64,000 nucleotides of DNA from positions 1,896,689 to 1,960,688 of the forward strand of contig JAUPSS010000007.1 in NCBI GenBank assembly GCA_040285825.1, read 5' to 3'. Made by a program: the position numbers and the translations under genes. The stretch comes from Eukaryota sp. TZLM1-RC (Eukaryota > Protista > Metamonada: BaSk clade). The notes beneath the pieces are model-generated. The model was not told the origin of the DNA, made no database searches, and saw nothing but the letters and a program-made list of their open reading frames with translations. This document shows, piece after piece, positions 45,610 through 57,501 of this stretch (positions are counted from its first letter, which is position 1; each line of letters begins with the position of its first letter).

Positions 45610-48600
45610 GCTTGCTATCCATCCTTTAATGTGTGAATTAAAACAAGAATTTCCAGATGTTCATATAACTGCTTATATGGATGACATCTCAATAATTGGT
45701 CCAATTGATTCATTGAGAACAATTGCTGAAATTGTTCAACAGTGCTATTATCAAATTGGTCTTTCTCTCAATATTTCCAAATGTTTATTGATTGGTAGAG
45801 AGCCTGCTGATCTCATTATTGATGATCAAAGTGTTCCTTTTATCAATTATTTTGAATCAGGATTTCGTTTTTTAGGTTGTTATCAGGCAATTTTGATGAA
45901 ATTCGAAATCAACTCTCCTCTCTTTTGGATAATTTTGAAGAGGAATTGATTGTTCTTCCAGATTTAAATATTGAAAAACATCTTAAATTTTTCTTCCTCA
46001 GAATTTGTTATTCATGGAAATTTACTCATATCCTACGATCAACACCAAAAACTAAATTGTAATGTTGCCTATTGTCTACTGCACTGGGTGGGATTCACAC
46101 AAAACACTCGTTTTGAACTTTGAAGATGGACATTTAAGATAAACATTCTATCCACTGGTTGTTTTGGATAATGGAAACTGTCAAGTATTTTAGACCCAAA
46201 AACTTTGACAGGTTGTGGTCTATCAATCAAATCACCTGTACCTAATTGACCTTTATCTTTCAATCCCCAAGCCCAAACAGTGTTTTTGTTGTAGGCAAAA
46301 AGGAAGTCACGACCTACTGAAATACCTTCCATATTAGTGAGAGGTTCAATACATAATGGTTCATAATTACGATCTTGATAAAAATCACCTATTCCACTCA
46401 ACTCACACAAACAAAAACATTACCAAAACTATTGAAAGCAACACAGAAACGTTCAGATCCTGCAACATGAACAATATTGGTTAAACCTTTAATTTTGATG
46501 GGTTTGTTATTGAAAGAATCTTCAGATTCAACCACCCAAACATCACCATTACTATCTTTGAGGACTAAATTGTTACGATCAAATGAGAAGGAGCCCTTAC
46601 ATCGTTCTTTTGAAAATAAATGATGTTTTACTGGTATTTTAGTTGAACGATTAAGATTCCAATAGAAAAAATCTCCACATCTATCCATTCCGATAAACGA
46701 AGTATGATCAACAATATTATTTAAGCCTTCAATAAATTCAAATGGCAAATGATCTCCCCATTGAATGACTTGGCCTTCTTGGGTCAAAGCAAATGAACAG
46801 CTATTACCACCATAAACTTCCTTAATATTATAAGGAATGTTTATAGGGGTAATTCGTAGTGAATGGCTGTTGAAAATATTGATTTGCTTGAACACATTGC
46901 AGCCCCAACCATATAACTTCCCTTCAGAAGAAAGGGCAAGGGAATACTTAGCACCAGTTGAGATAAATATTATATCATTTTATGGCAATCTGAGTGCTAA
47001 TTTGAGGATTTCAGGTCCGTTAAATTGAACTTTACCATGAACAATATGCCCCCAACCATGAATGTCACCAGAACAGGTGAGGAGAAGTGAATGGGATGGG
47101 CTGCTTGAGATGGATTTAACTCCAAACTTTCTTTTTGATTCCCGATCGATCGGGAATTGAGTCGAGCATACTGTGACCAGTAGAAACGTGCTAGATCTAC
47201 AGCTTCAAGACCAAGCGGAGCTTAATGGGTAAAAGAAATTGAGTGAGGAATTCAGTATTGACTCATATCCTATGATCAACATTACCATCTATCTCTCTCG
47301 AATTTTGGAGAATTTCCAATGAATTCAGAACAAAATTTTTGGCTAATTTGCTTGACATTGATTCTTCTTATTTACGCAGTCATACTTTTTGCAGCACAGA
47401 ATTGGGAGGCCTGGATTTTCACAAATCTAAATAGTTATGTAAAGCTGCATTTATTGGTGGAGGCAAAAATTTCGTTTTTGAATTTTTGAAACGTTTTCCT
47501 GAAAACCAACATTTAATAGAATATTGTGTTAGTGACTATTTAGTATCCTTGCAGAATGAAATTGAATGCATCTCTCCTCACACATGATCCAAATGCTTTC
47601 CTGCTGATACTCAAGAAATTCCACCCAGGAGTTTGATTTTCTTGAAATTTGCATATGCTAAATTGCAGAAAAAGATATTGAAAGTTTTTGAAAACTTGGA
47701 TTTCACTGTTCGGCGTAGCTTGGCTAAGGAAAAGAATCCCGTTTTTGCATAATTTTTAATTGATCTTAAGGAAAGTAGCTCAGGTTGTCTCATTTCCCAG
47801 ATTCCAAATGTATATGGTTTATTATTAAGTGATCATCATTGGAGAACTGCCTTTAGGATGAGGTGTTTTCTGTGGCCATGTAGTGTGCCAAATGATTTGA
47901 TTTGTCGTTGTGGTCAGCTCATCAATCTGAATCATTTATTTAATTGCAAATTTAATATTACATATCGCTCAGTTGTTCACGATGCTGTTAGAGACCAACT
48001 ATACGCTCTGTGCAAAAGTCATCACATTGAAGCTTTTGTTGAACCACTTGTGCGAAGGTTGTCATCTGAAAATGAAGATGAGAATACTTTTGGGAAACGC
48101 CGTGCTGATTTAATTACCTCTGGGTCTGATGGTGTGATCAATGTTGTTGATGTTGTGACTGTTGATGTTTGTAAAGACTCAGCAATTGATTTTGCTAAAA
48201 AAGATGAAACTCCACTTTACTTTGCTGAAAAGAGCAAAATCAAAAAGTACAATGAACCCTTATCTCAGCTAGGACGTGTTGAGCATGTCAAGTATCAGCT
48301 GGTTCCATTTGCTGTTTCTCTTTGTGGTAACATTGGAATATCTGGCATTAAATTTCTTGAAGGTTTCAGAAGTTTAATAAACGAAAGAGCAGGAAAAGAA
48401 TTGAACTTCAATTTCTGGCACAATTGAATTGTTTTTAGTATTCTTAAAGCAATTCCAGAAATGTTGACCAAAGCACTGTTACAATTAATAATAGAGTATG
48501 AAAATCGCGCGCCTAAAAGATTTGATGATGTTGATGCGTGTATTGAGGATATTGAGTTCTAGTTTTGTTTGTTTAACGTTTTGTTAGCGTTGAAAATAAA

Positions 48601-48617
48601 TTTCATATTTAAAAAAT
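45610..48617 (+). mobile_element. CRE-like retrotransposon family F4, interrupted by an RCC1 gene insert
   Basis: AYMDD near 45670; THILRST resumes at 47261; RLE HDAVRD...EP...RADL...VDV; AATAAA and A-run near 48600. Confidence 0.8.
46045..47260 (-). pseudogene. RCC1-repeat gene fragment flanked by 21-bp direct repeats
   Basis: VWAWGLKDKGQLGTGD, VYGGNSCSFALT, HSLLLT; frameshifts; ACTCATATCCTAYGATCAACA at 46024-46044 and 47261-47281. Confidence 0.8.
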
Positions 48618-48827
48618 AGTTGAAAACAGGAGTGAATTTCACAGGGGAATGCATGATATGTGAAATTCACAGTAGAAACCCTTTAGAAGAATAACATTAC
48701 AGAGTTTTATAACAAGCGAGTTCCTAATTAAGAAAATCTTCCGTTATTCAATTGATGGGGTTTCAGTAGGTGAAAGTTTTGGTTAACGTTTTTGGTTGAG
48801 TTTAAAAATGTGTTTTTTAGGAATTTT

Positions 48828-49226
48828 TCATAATGACTCATTGAAACAGATATTGTCTATAACAATGAAATAAGTGTCCTCTTTACACCAATGTAGAGGA
48901 CTGAGTTTTTGAGAAGTGGAAGATTTTCTCCTTAATACCAATTTCTTTAAACCTTCATCAACCTTGACTCTCTGCAGGTATTCCGGTCTATCTCCACCAT
49001 TTACATGTGCTTCCATCACTGCCAACATATTCAGCGAAGCATTTCAATCTCTATTCCACAAACTTTTGCATGATTTACACATGGTAAGCCCGTGACGAAT
49101 AGACATCTCATGCCTCTTCCATGGCCTAGGATTTCTGCACCATCGGAATGTTTCAACTGTTTTCTCCGCATTCTTACAGTTGAAACAACAGCAACTGGTT
49201 CGAAACTCATCAATTGAAAAGACCTG
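48828..49226 (-). mobile_element. Fanzor family B 3' remnant
   Basis: IDEFRTSCCCFNC...CRNPRPWKRHEMSIRHGLTMCKSC..LWNRD*NASLNM; hairpins at 48876-48901 and 48852-48866. Confidence 0.85.
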
Positions 49227-50198
49227 TCTTTGTAGATTGACAATGAGATGTAATGTTCCCTTGCATCAATGACAATTATTTCATCCTCATCACTGAGCTT
49301 TTTACTCAACATCAAAGTTTCAACATCAAAATGTAAAGTTCTGAGAGTAAATTGTGTTTTGACATGTGCTGGTGTCACTAAAGGGTATTTAAATTGAGTC
49401 AGTGGATTTTCATTGAAAAGTGTTTTTAAACGTTTCAAAGGTCTGCTCAATACATCGGCTCGTCTTTTTCTGATGGTTTTATGTACAGAGCAGCATTTCT
49501 TTGTCTCAATCGATTTTCGTTCATTGTTAACATAGCTATGAAAACAACTTTTGTCTTGATTGACAAAATGTTTAACATGAGCTGAATCAATTGAATTGAG
49601 CTGATTTGACAAAAAAATTGATCATTCTTTTTGCAAACAACATGGTGAATATTCCACAATCACACAAATCAGATTAAAAAAATTCAGATAAATTGTGACT
49701 GATATTGATTCCAAGTTTTTCAAATATTAATGAATTAATTTTTTGATGCTGTTCTTCATTATGACGAAGACTCAAAAAGAAAAGCTGTTACTGTTCTGGA
49801 TTTGATCCAGAATGCAACAAGTGTTCAATGTTGTCCAATAGTAAATTGTTCGTCAACAGATGCAGTCAAATTTGAATGATGAAATGCATCATTATAGGGT
49901 AGAAGAATCGATGTGTTTTCTTCGTCGCCAGAATTGATCAATTGTGAGCAAAAATCCTCTTGAACAAATCCCCTAAGAAACAATAGCGCTGATGCGATGG
50001 GCCAAACAAGTATTTTGTGATGTGACAGTGGAGTTGATGACTGATTGATAAAGTTGTTGATCGAATCAGTGATTTGTTCATCATCTAACCACCTGTCTTT
50101 GAAATCATTACTTTGTTTCCCTTCACTTCATAAATTAATTTTTTTAAAATATAAATTGTTATTATTAAAAGGAATTAAATTTATATTTTTTAATAAAA

Positions 50199-53100
50199 TT
50201 TTTTTTTCTCCCTCCATGCTTATCTATGCCTCCGAAGTCAGTTACTTCAAAACCTTCTAGAGGACGCCCTAAGAATTCTGTGACTACCTGTTCTTTGTGC
50301 AACTGTTGGTCACACAAAAACAACATGTTCTCGGCGAAAAGTTTTGTCAGATGAAGCTGTATTGGCATCATTATCTTCACCTATTGAGTCTATTGAGCCT
50401 CCACAGATACTTCATTCGTCTTCAGTCAGTAGTAATACAAAATCATGTTTGTTCTGTTGTTCTCCAGTTTCTGGATTCAATGTTTCGGGTCGACCTCTTT
50501 TGGTTTGTGATTCTTGCACGCCAATTGATCCTTGTAGACCTCCATTTGCAATCCCTCAATTCGTTTCTCCTGCTCATTCGTCTTCTCTTGCAACAGTTAT
50601 TCGATCTTTAACCTTCTCTCTTCGAAAGGGCATTTGGAATCCTTCGATTTTTTGGAAATTTTTTTCTTTCTAAGGCTATGTCTTCACACAAGAAATCTAA
50701 ATATAAGAAGTCGGTTCCACAATCTAAAAATGTCAAAAAGCGCTTTGAGTCTTTGATTCTTCGTTCACAATACTCTTCAGCACTTAAATTATTGGCTGGT
50801 TCTTCTCCTGCTGCCTTCAATGATGAAACATTGGATTCTTTAAATTCTCTTCATCCACATGAAGACTTCACCATAAATCACATAGTCTCTGATAATGAAC
50901 GTGATTTCTTCACTGCTAATCCTATCACTTGTGATGAAGTTAGTGTAGCTATTAAAGGACTTCCGTCTGGTCGTTCTGCTGGGCCTTCTGGACTTAGTTA
51001 TGATCATTTGAAGTCCGCAGTCAACATATGTCCAGAAATCGTGGATGATTTAGTTTTCTTTTTTAATAGTGTCATCATGGGACGTTTCAAGTTACCACAG
51101 GCGTTAATGGCATCTCGTTTAGTTGCTTTCAATAAGCCTGGAGGTGGTGTCAGACCTATTGCTGTTGGTGAGTCCATAACGAGATTATTAGCAATTATTT
51201 CTTTTAAAAGAGTTAAGTCATCCGCAATTAATTTTTTCGTCCTTATCAGTTTGCTATCGGAATTCCTGATGGCACAACATGTGCTGCGTTGTGTACAGAT
51301 TTACTTTTCAATCAAAAAGGCGAAAATTATTTATTGAACATTGATTTTAAAAATGCTTTCAACTCCGTTTTTCGCTCCAGTATTTTGCAGGAACTTGAAC
51401 TACACTATCCTCCACTTTTGCCGTATTTTTAAATTGATGTATGGATCACCCTCTAACTTAATTTTTCATTCTGAGAATATTGTTTCGTCAAGAGGGGTCA
51501 AACAAGGGGATCCATTGGGTCCATTTTTCTTTGCTTAGCACTGCAATCAGTTTTGGTAAAATTTAAGTCGGATTTTCCTGACATTCATATATGTGCTTAT
51601 GCAGATGATTTATCACTTATTGGCCCTTTGTCTCTTTTTACAACACGGTTTACAACATTTTGTTTTTCTGGCCAAACAAATAGGGTTAGACATTAAATTG
51701 CCCAAGTGTTTCATTATTGGTAATCAGCATGCGGAGGTGGCATTTAATGAAACTTTTATCAAATACGTTGATTACGAGGAAGATGCTATTCGGTTTCTTG
51801 GATCTTATTTTTGGAAATAGTGAAAAAGTTAAATCGATTTTGTCAGGTATTTTGGAAAAAATCGAAGAGCAACTTTTGGCTATTCAAGATCTACAAATTG
51901 ACAAACATTTAGCGTTTTCGGTCCTCAATGTGTGTTTTGGATCAAAAATTAATCATCTTCTTCGTTCTTTATCTCCCACAATTTCTCATGATTTTTGCAC
52001 GTCAATTCAATACTTTGAGAACAAATTTCTTAGGAAATTTAGTAGAAGTTTGTCCATCTAAAATTCCTTATCATGCATTTTTTAGTCCTAAATTTGGTGG
52101 AGTTGGTTTTCAAAAGCAGAGTATTTATGCAAAAGTGCTTTTATTGGTGGTATGAAAAATTTTCTTTTTGAATGGAAACTTCGTTTTGATCATATTCCTT
52201 TGAATGAATCACATCCTTTATTAATTTCTCTTGACAAAATGGTGCAAGAACTACCTGTTGATGTTTGGAATAGGAGTTTTCCTTCAAGTTTGCCTACTGT
52301 GCCTTCGAGATCTTTCACCAATCTTCATCTTGCTGTTGTGAAATTACAGAAGTCTGTTCTTATTGGTTTTGAAGACCTGGATTTTTCTAAACGACTTAGT
52401 GTGACTAAGATTAATAATCCCGTCTTTGCTGCCTTTTTATCAGACATTCAGAACTGTACTAGTTTAATATCTCAGCAACCAAGGCCATTTGGTCTTCACT
52501 TAACAAATGAAGCTTGGAAACAAAACATGCGGTTGAGATTAGGGATGTATCCAAGTGGTCTTTTGGACAATTCTTATTGTATTTGTAACAAAAACCTACT
52601 GCCAATTTTCGTCATATTGTGAGCTGTAAGAAATTTCTCCAATATAGGTCAGTTCTTCATAATGCCGTTCGTGATGTGACATATGAGATGTTCAAGTGTT
52701 ACAATTTTAGTTGCAAAGTAGAACCTTTGTTGAAGCATTATAGTGATGATAATCTTTTTAATTCACGTCGAGGTGATTTAATTGCTCCTTTTGTGCATTC
52801 CTCTCAAGTTGTTGTTGATTTCACTACAGTTGATCCCTTTGCTTTGGTTTATCGCGATGATGTTTTACTTAGTACTAATGGTCATTTGAACAAGGCTGAA
52901 GATCGTAAGAGAGATAAATATACTGAGATATTAAATGATTTAAATAAGAACCTTTATTCGAAGTTTTCGTTTGTTCCTTTGCCTTTTCAATTTTTGGCAA
53001 CATTGGACAATCCGCCTTGAATTTCATCAATGATTTTGGTAATTTATGTCGTTCAAGTGGTAAGAATTTTGCAGAGAATTTATGGAAAAATCGTATCATT

Positions 53101-53248
53101 TTCGCTTTGTACAGAAGTGTTCCCAAGTACTTGAGTTTAATGATGTCTAAACTTTATAAGGATTCATCAAGAGTTGGCGTGGAGAATTTAGTTTCTTATG
53201 TGTTTTAGTTTGTTCTATTTGATTCTTCGTAGAAAATAAATAAATAAA
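50199..53248 (+). mobile_element. Full-length CRE-like retrotransposon, family F3
   Basis: ATG 50226, RGRP, Zn fingers, KPGGGVRPIAVGE, GVKQGDPLGP, YADD, HNAVRD, RRGD; 14-bp TSD ATTTTTTAATAAAA at 50185-50198 and 53249-53262; many 1-nt indels. Confidence 0.88.
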
Positions 53249-53475
53249 ATTTTTTAATAAAAAAATTATACAATATTTTATCAGATAGGCTATCAATCTT
53301 TCCAAAATAAACACAAAATAAATTGCTCCCTTCTATAAAGAGGCTGTGGGTAAAAACACTGATGTGTGAAATACATTCAGCTTCCAGGTTCGTGTTCCAG
53401 ACACCACCAGCAAATTCATAGATAATGTGTTTTCTTGAAGGAATTATAAAATGTTTATTAATCAATAATGTTGAA

Positions 53476-53903
53476 TGAATTCAGCAGCTCGTTTAGTGTA
53501 TTCCGCTGATTCGCCGTTATCTAACGCCGAAAAAAAGAAGATAAAAAAATATGAAGAACCTTTGGCACAGTTAGGTAGAGTGGAACATGTGAAATATCAG
53601 TTTGTGCCGTTTGCAATTTCTCTTTTTGGCAATATTGGACCTTCAGGATTGCACTTTTTTGAAAATTTTAAAAAAGTGTTACTAAATAGGTCTAGTAAAA
53701 CAATGAACTCCACTTTCTGGTTAAATAGAATTGTTTTTTGCATTTTCAAGTCTATTCCAACAATGATTTCAAAGGCACTTTTAGCTATTGGTGTAGAATA
53801 TGAACGTAATGCTGTGAGTAGGTTTAGTAATAGTGAGGCTTGTTTGGAGGATATTGAATACTAGATAGATTTTTCTTATCTCAATAAATATTGATTGTAA
53901 AAA
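53476..53903 (+). mobile_element. 5'-truncated F4-related CRE-like insertion
   Basis: QLGRVEHVKYQ shared with ~48270; 12-bp TSD AATAATGTTGAA at 53464-53475 and 53904-53915. Confidence 0.8.
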
Positions 53904-54755
53904 AATAATGTTGAACAATTAATTAAAATAACAATTTATAAAAACTTCAAGATGGACTACTTGGACACATTGACCCCTCTCAAGCAAAAAAGAGAAAGAG
54001 TCGATCTGACCAAGTAGTGTATTTTCGACCAAATGGTAAGGAGAGTCTTCATGAGAAAAAGTTCCCTTGTTACATTTGGTTGAACAAGAACTCACCTGTG
54101 AAAATGGAATCTCAGGAGGGCTGGCAATGAGCTCCCAGTAGGGCTCAATGTAAGCCTGCTCCTGGATGGTTTCACTCAGCAGCGAATCCATATAATCCTG
54201 AATCATCTTTGGTTCAGGGGTAGTGAGAATAAACAGCTTATTTATCAAGTTTTGCACGTGTCACCCCATTCTCGACTTAGCGAACATTTGTTAAATGCAC
54301 ATAGCATGTCCTCCTTGTGTTGAACCTCTTAGCTTCCTCAGGTTTAGGTTCATCTATTAAATCATCCAATCTATGTGATCTGGACCTAATTGTTGTACCT
54401 TCTCTTAGGCCATAAATACTGTTAAACCATATTTGCCCTTTCAGTGAAATTACTTACTGCACAGAAACTTATAGGTTTCTTGTAGGTTTGTTGGTTCTTT
54501 TAAATTTAGGTTGAGGAAGAATGTGATTTGAGGTTCAATAGAAGTAATGAGAAACTCATCTCTAGACACCATTATTATTATGATAGACACCATTGAAATC
54601 AAGACAAAAAAATGTGGGCAAAACAACTAATATTGTAGGCTTCAATTAATTTATAAATCTATTAAATAAAACATTGGACAAATACAGCAAAAACAAATAA
54701 TAATATGATACAAAAATATTAATTAATTTAGCTAAATTAATTATTAAAACAACCC

Positions 54756-56483
54756 CTAAATTAAACACAGTTCTTGATAATCACCGACTAACTCACCATA
54801 CAAGTCATCCAAATCAATCCTTTTTTCCTCTTCCTTTTCTATTTTAGGACCATATCCTCCTTCTTCAAACCTAGCAAAGACAGAAACATCATCAGCATTG
54901 ATAGAACGTGATATAGCCTTGTGAAAACTCTCTATTCGCCTCAAACTATCAATCATTCGATTAAGAACTTCTAAATCATGAGACTCAGAGCTGCGATGGT
55001 AACAGGGAGAGACGGTCTTGACGAACAGGCAGCCCAGGGAATCACCCAAGTTCAAATCCACACCATTGAACCTTAAAGAGACTATGGAACCAGAGGAAAC
55101 TGAATTGGAAACTACTGGGCCATGGATCTTTTCTGTAAGGTCCCAAAGCTCAACAACACCGTCAGACCGACCAACAGCTAAAAGACCAGGTCTGGAAGGA
55201 GAAAAGGACACAGAAACTCGTCTGATTGATTGATTGGGGCAGGGTATCCGAGCAAGCAAGAAACTATTATGGTACAAAGAAAGCACAGAACCCTCAGCTG
55301 AAGCAAGAAGAGAGGGCAAGAAAGGGCATGATGAAAGACAAAAAGATGGGAAGTAAAGAAATTCGGCAGCCAACGAAGCACTCTCCTCCATTAATTTTAA
55401 TTCATCAGGATTTTGAGGGTTAGAATCGACATAATCAGAGCTAGTCAAAATGATTGCAATCGTCCCATTCTCAGTTCCCACGGCAAGCGACTCAAAATTG
55501 TCATCCAGAAAAGCAACCTGTCGAACCGGAAACAGGTCAAAATCATTCTGTAGACTCGTGTTGAAACAAGAAAGTGCAAGACTTTTTCCTAATACCAACT
55601 CATCACCCCTGATTTCCCAATACTTAAGAACCCCCTCAGAACCAACACTAATCAGACAGGACTCGCTCTTCCAGACAACAGAAACCCCCCTATTTGAGTG
55701 AGATTGGTGGGGAGATGAAGTAGCGAAGGGTGCAAGAAGGGAGGAAGGACCAGATTCGTCATAGTGAAACAAACTCAACGTACCAGAAGCAGAGAGCAGA
55801 GCACAGGAACAAGAGTTAAACGGAGATATTGCGCATGATACGATGAGAGAAGAAGAGGGTAGAATGGCGAGAGGGGCCATCGAGTTATTGAGCGTCCACA
55901 ATAGAGAGTAGAATAATTCCCCTTTCGATCTTGACGTAATGTAAGATTCAAGTGAATGTTTAGGGGTGTAGCTAACCAAAGCTAAATCTGATTGGACAGA
56001 GATGCAAGAGATTAGCTTTTGGAAGGAGTAAGTAAGGTCTGTGTATGTCTGCACGTCGGATAAGGCACTTCTGGGATCTTGTTCAAGTATTTGGGCTAGT
56101 TCGGTTTGGAGTGGGGAGAAGAGAGAAGGAGGTGGAGGTGCGGTTAAGTGATTGAGGGTTAAAACTTGTTGGAGGAGAGGGGTAGCACGGGAAAGGAAAT
56201 CCACTAGACATGGGTTCTCCAGCTCTGTAGGATCATCCAGCTTTAGGCTAGACTCATAAAATGTAGATTTATCTACTTTTAAAGACCAGTTTATCTGGTG
56301 GGATTGATGGTGTTTGCTAGGGGGAGATGCGGTGACTGATTTGTCAACTAAAATAGATTGAACACAGTCAGTGGTAGATGTAGAGCGAAAGTCCAGTGAA
56401 CATTCAGATGCAGGACGAAGTTTAAAGGATACTGGTTTATTAGCAAGAGAAGCAGGACGTTGAAGTATGAACTTTAAAGGCAT
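54756..56483 (-). CDS. WD40 axonemal dynein intermediate chain-like (WDR63/DNAI3/IC140)
   Basis: FSPSRPGLLAVGRSDGVVELWDLTEKIHGP, LGDSLGCL; 575-aa ORF. Confidence 0.65.
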   Translation of the reverse strand: MPLKFILQRPASLANKPVSFKLRPASECSLDFRSTSTTDCVQSILVDKSVTASPPSKHHQSHQINWSLKVDKSTFYESSLKLDDPTELENPCLVDFLSRATPLLQQVLTLNHLTAPPPPSLFSPLQTELAQILEQDPRSALSDVQTYTDLTYSFQKLISCISVQSDLALVSYTPKHSLESYITSRSKGELFYSLLWTLNNSMAPLAILPSSSLIVSCAISPFNSCSCALLSASGTLSLFHYDESGPSSLLAPFATSSPHQSHSNRGVSVVWKSESCLISVGSEGVLKYWEIRGDELVLGKSLALSCFNTSLQNDFDLFPVRQVAFLDDNFESLAVGTENGTIAIILTSSDYVDSNPQNPDELKLMEESASLAAEFLYFPSFCLSSCPFLPSLLASAEGSVLSLYHNSFLLARIPCPNQSIRRVSVSFSPSRPGLLAVGRSDGVVELWDLTEKIHGPVVSNSVSSGSIVSLRFNGVDLNLGDSLGCLFVKTVSPCYHRSSESHDLEVLNRMIDSLRRIESFHKAISRSINADDVSVFARFEEGGYGPKIEKEEEKRIDLDDLYGELVGDYQELCLI

Positions 56484-57360
56484 TCTTTGAGGGGGAAATC
56501 AATAAGAACACTTGCTGTGATTTGCAATTCTGGACTGTGAAATTCAATGGAGGTGCGCTCCCTCCAGAAATCCTCCCCTTCACTTTTGACATGTTATTAG
56601 GTCAATTGAACAACCCTTTTTATCTGATTTTATCCAGGACTTGCAACCACAGACCTTTTCAGATCATATCATATCCTGATTTTCATTTTACAGAACTTTA
56701 TGTTATTCCTCCTCCTAAAAAACAATCCGCTCGGTCTGTCAATCCAGGGATGGGTTGAATTACCAGTGTCTGGTTCATCGTCTAGTTCATCACAATACAA
56801 GTATCACACGAAGGAGGAGAAGACAACTTTTTGAGAGCAGATTTGAAAATGCACTATGCTCAAGGTGATAGTTTTATCCACTCAATGTAAGATCAGCTCC
56901 TTCATTAACATAGTAGAACGCTAATGTAGATATCATGTTGTACAACTGATCCATGTGTACATTTTTAGTACTCAAAAAATAAATATACATTTTATTCAAA
57001 AAATTGTGGGACGAAATCCTCGAACGAACATCTAGTGTTGATTCAAAGTTGAGATGAAGATTGTCTTTACAGTTAAACAGGTCCGCTAAGACAATTTTAT
57101 CAAACTAGACCAATCGTTGACTAATCTTCGTAAAAGAAGTGTTTCAGCTAGTAAGATATGGTAAATTGTGACACAACGTAGTACAAAGTGGCAAAGATCA
57201 GCGAAAGTAGATACCAACAATAGTTAATGGAAGGAGATCGGCATAGGTTGATGAGAAGAGGGAGTTGACAGAAAGATCGACATTTGGAGCAACAGAAATT
57301 GAAAGAATTAGGCCAGTCGATTCTAGGGGGGATTATTATTCAACCTATGATGGTCTTGGC

Positions 57361-57501
57361 TGTTGTGAGTTAGAATTCATACAGTGTAGTATAACAGAAG
57401 TATAATTTATTACGAAGAGGAATTTTATTCACTCTTCTTAAGCTAACAGGCGGAATATTAATAACTAAACTATTAACTATAAATACTATTCAAGACTAAC
57501 A
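57361..57501 (-). repeat. Putative 3' LTR (141 bp)
   Basis: PPT AAAGAGAGGAAAAGGCAG followed by TGTTAG...CAACA; contains AATAAA; partner LTR not in the window. Confidence 0.65.

Noticed and set aside
49031-49612. 193-aa ORF as a real gene
   Set aside because: Chimeric: its 3' part is an off-frame reading of the Fanzor B remnant and the 5' part is unrecognisable
56990-57360. Possible L1-like 3' remnant targeted by the Gypsy element; similar decayed coding-like DNA at 12700-13400, 40196-40550 and 53919-54570
   Set aside because: No motif I can assign with confidence
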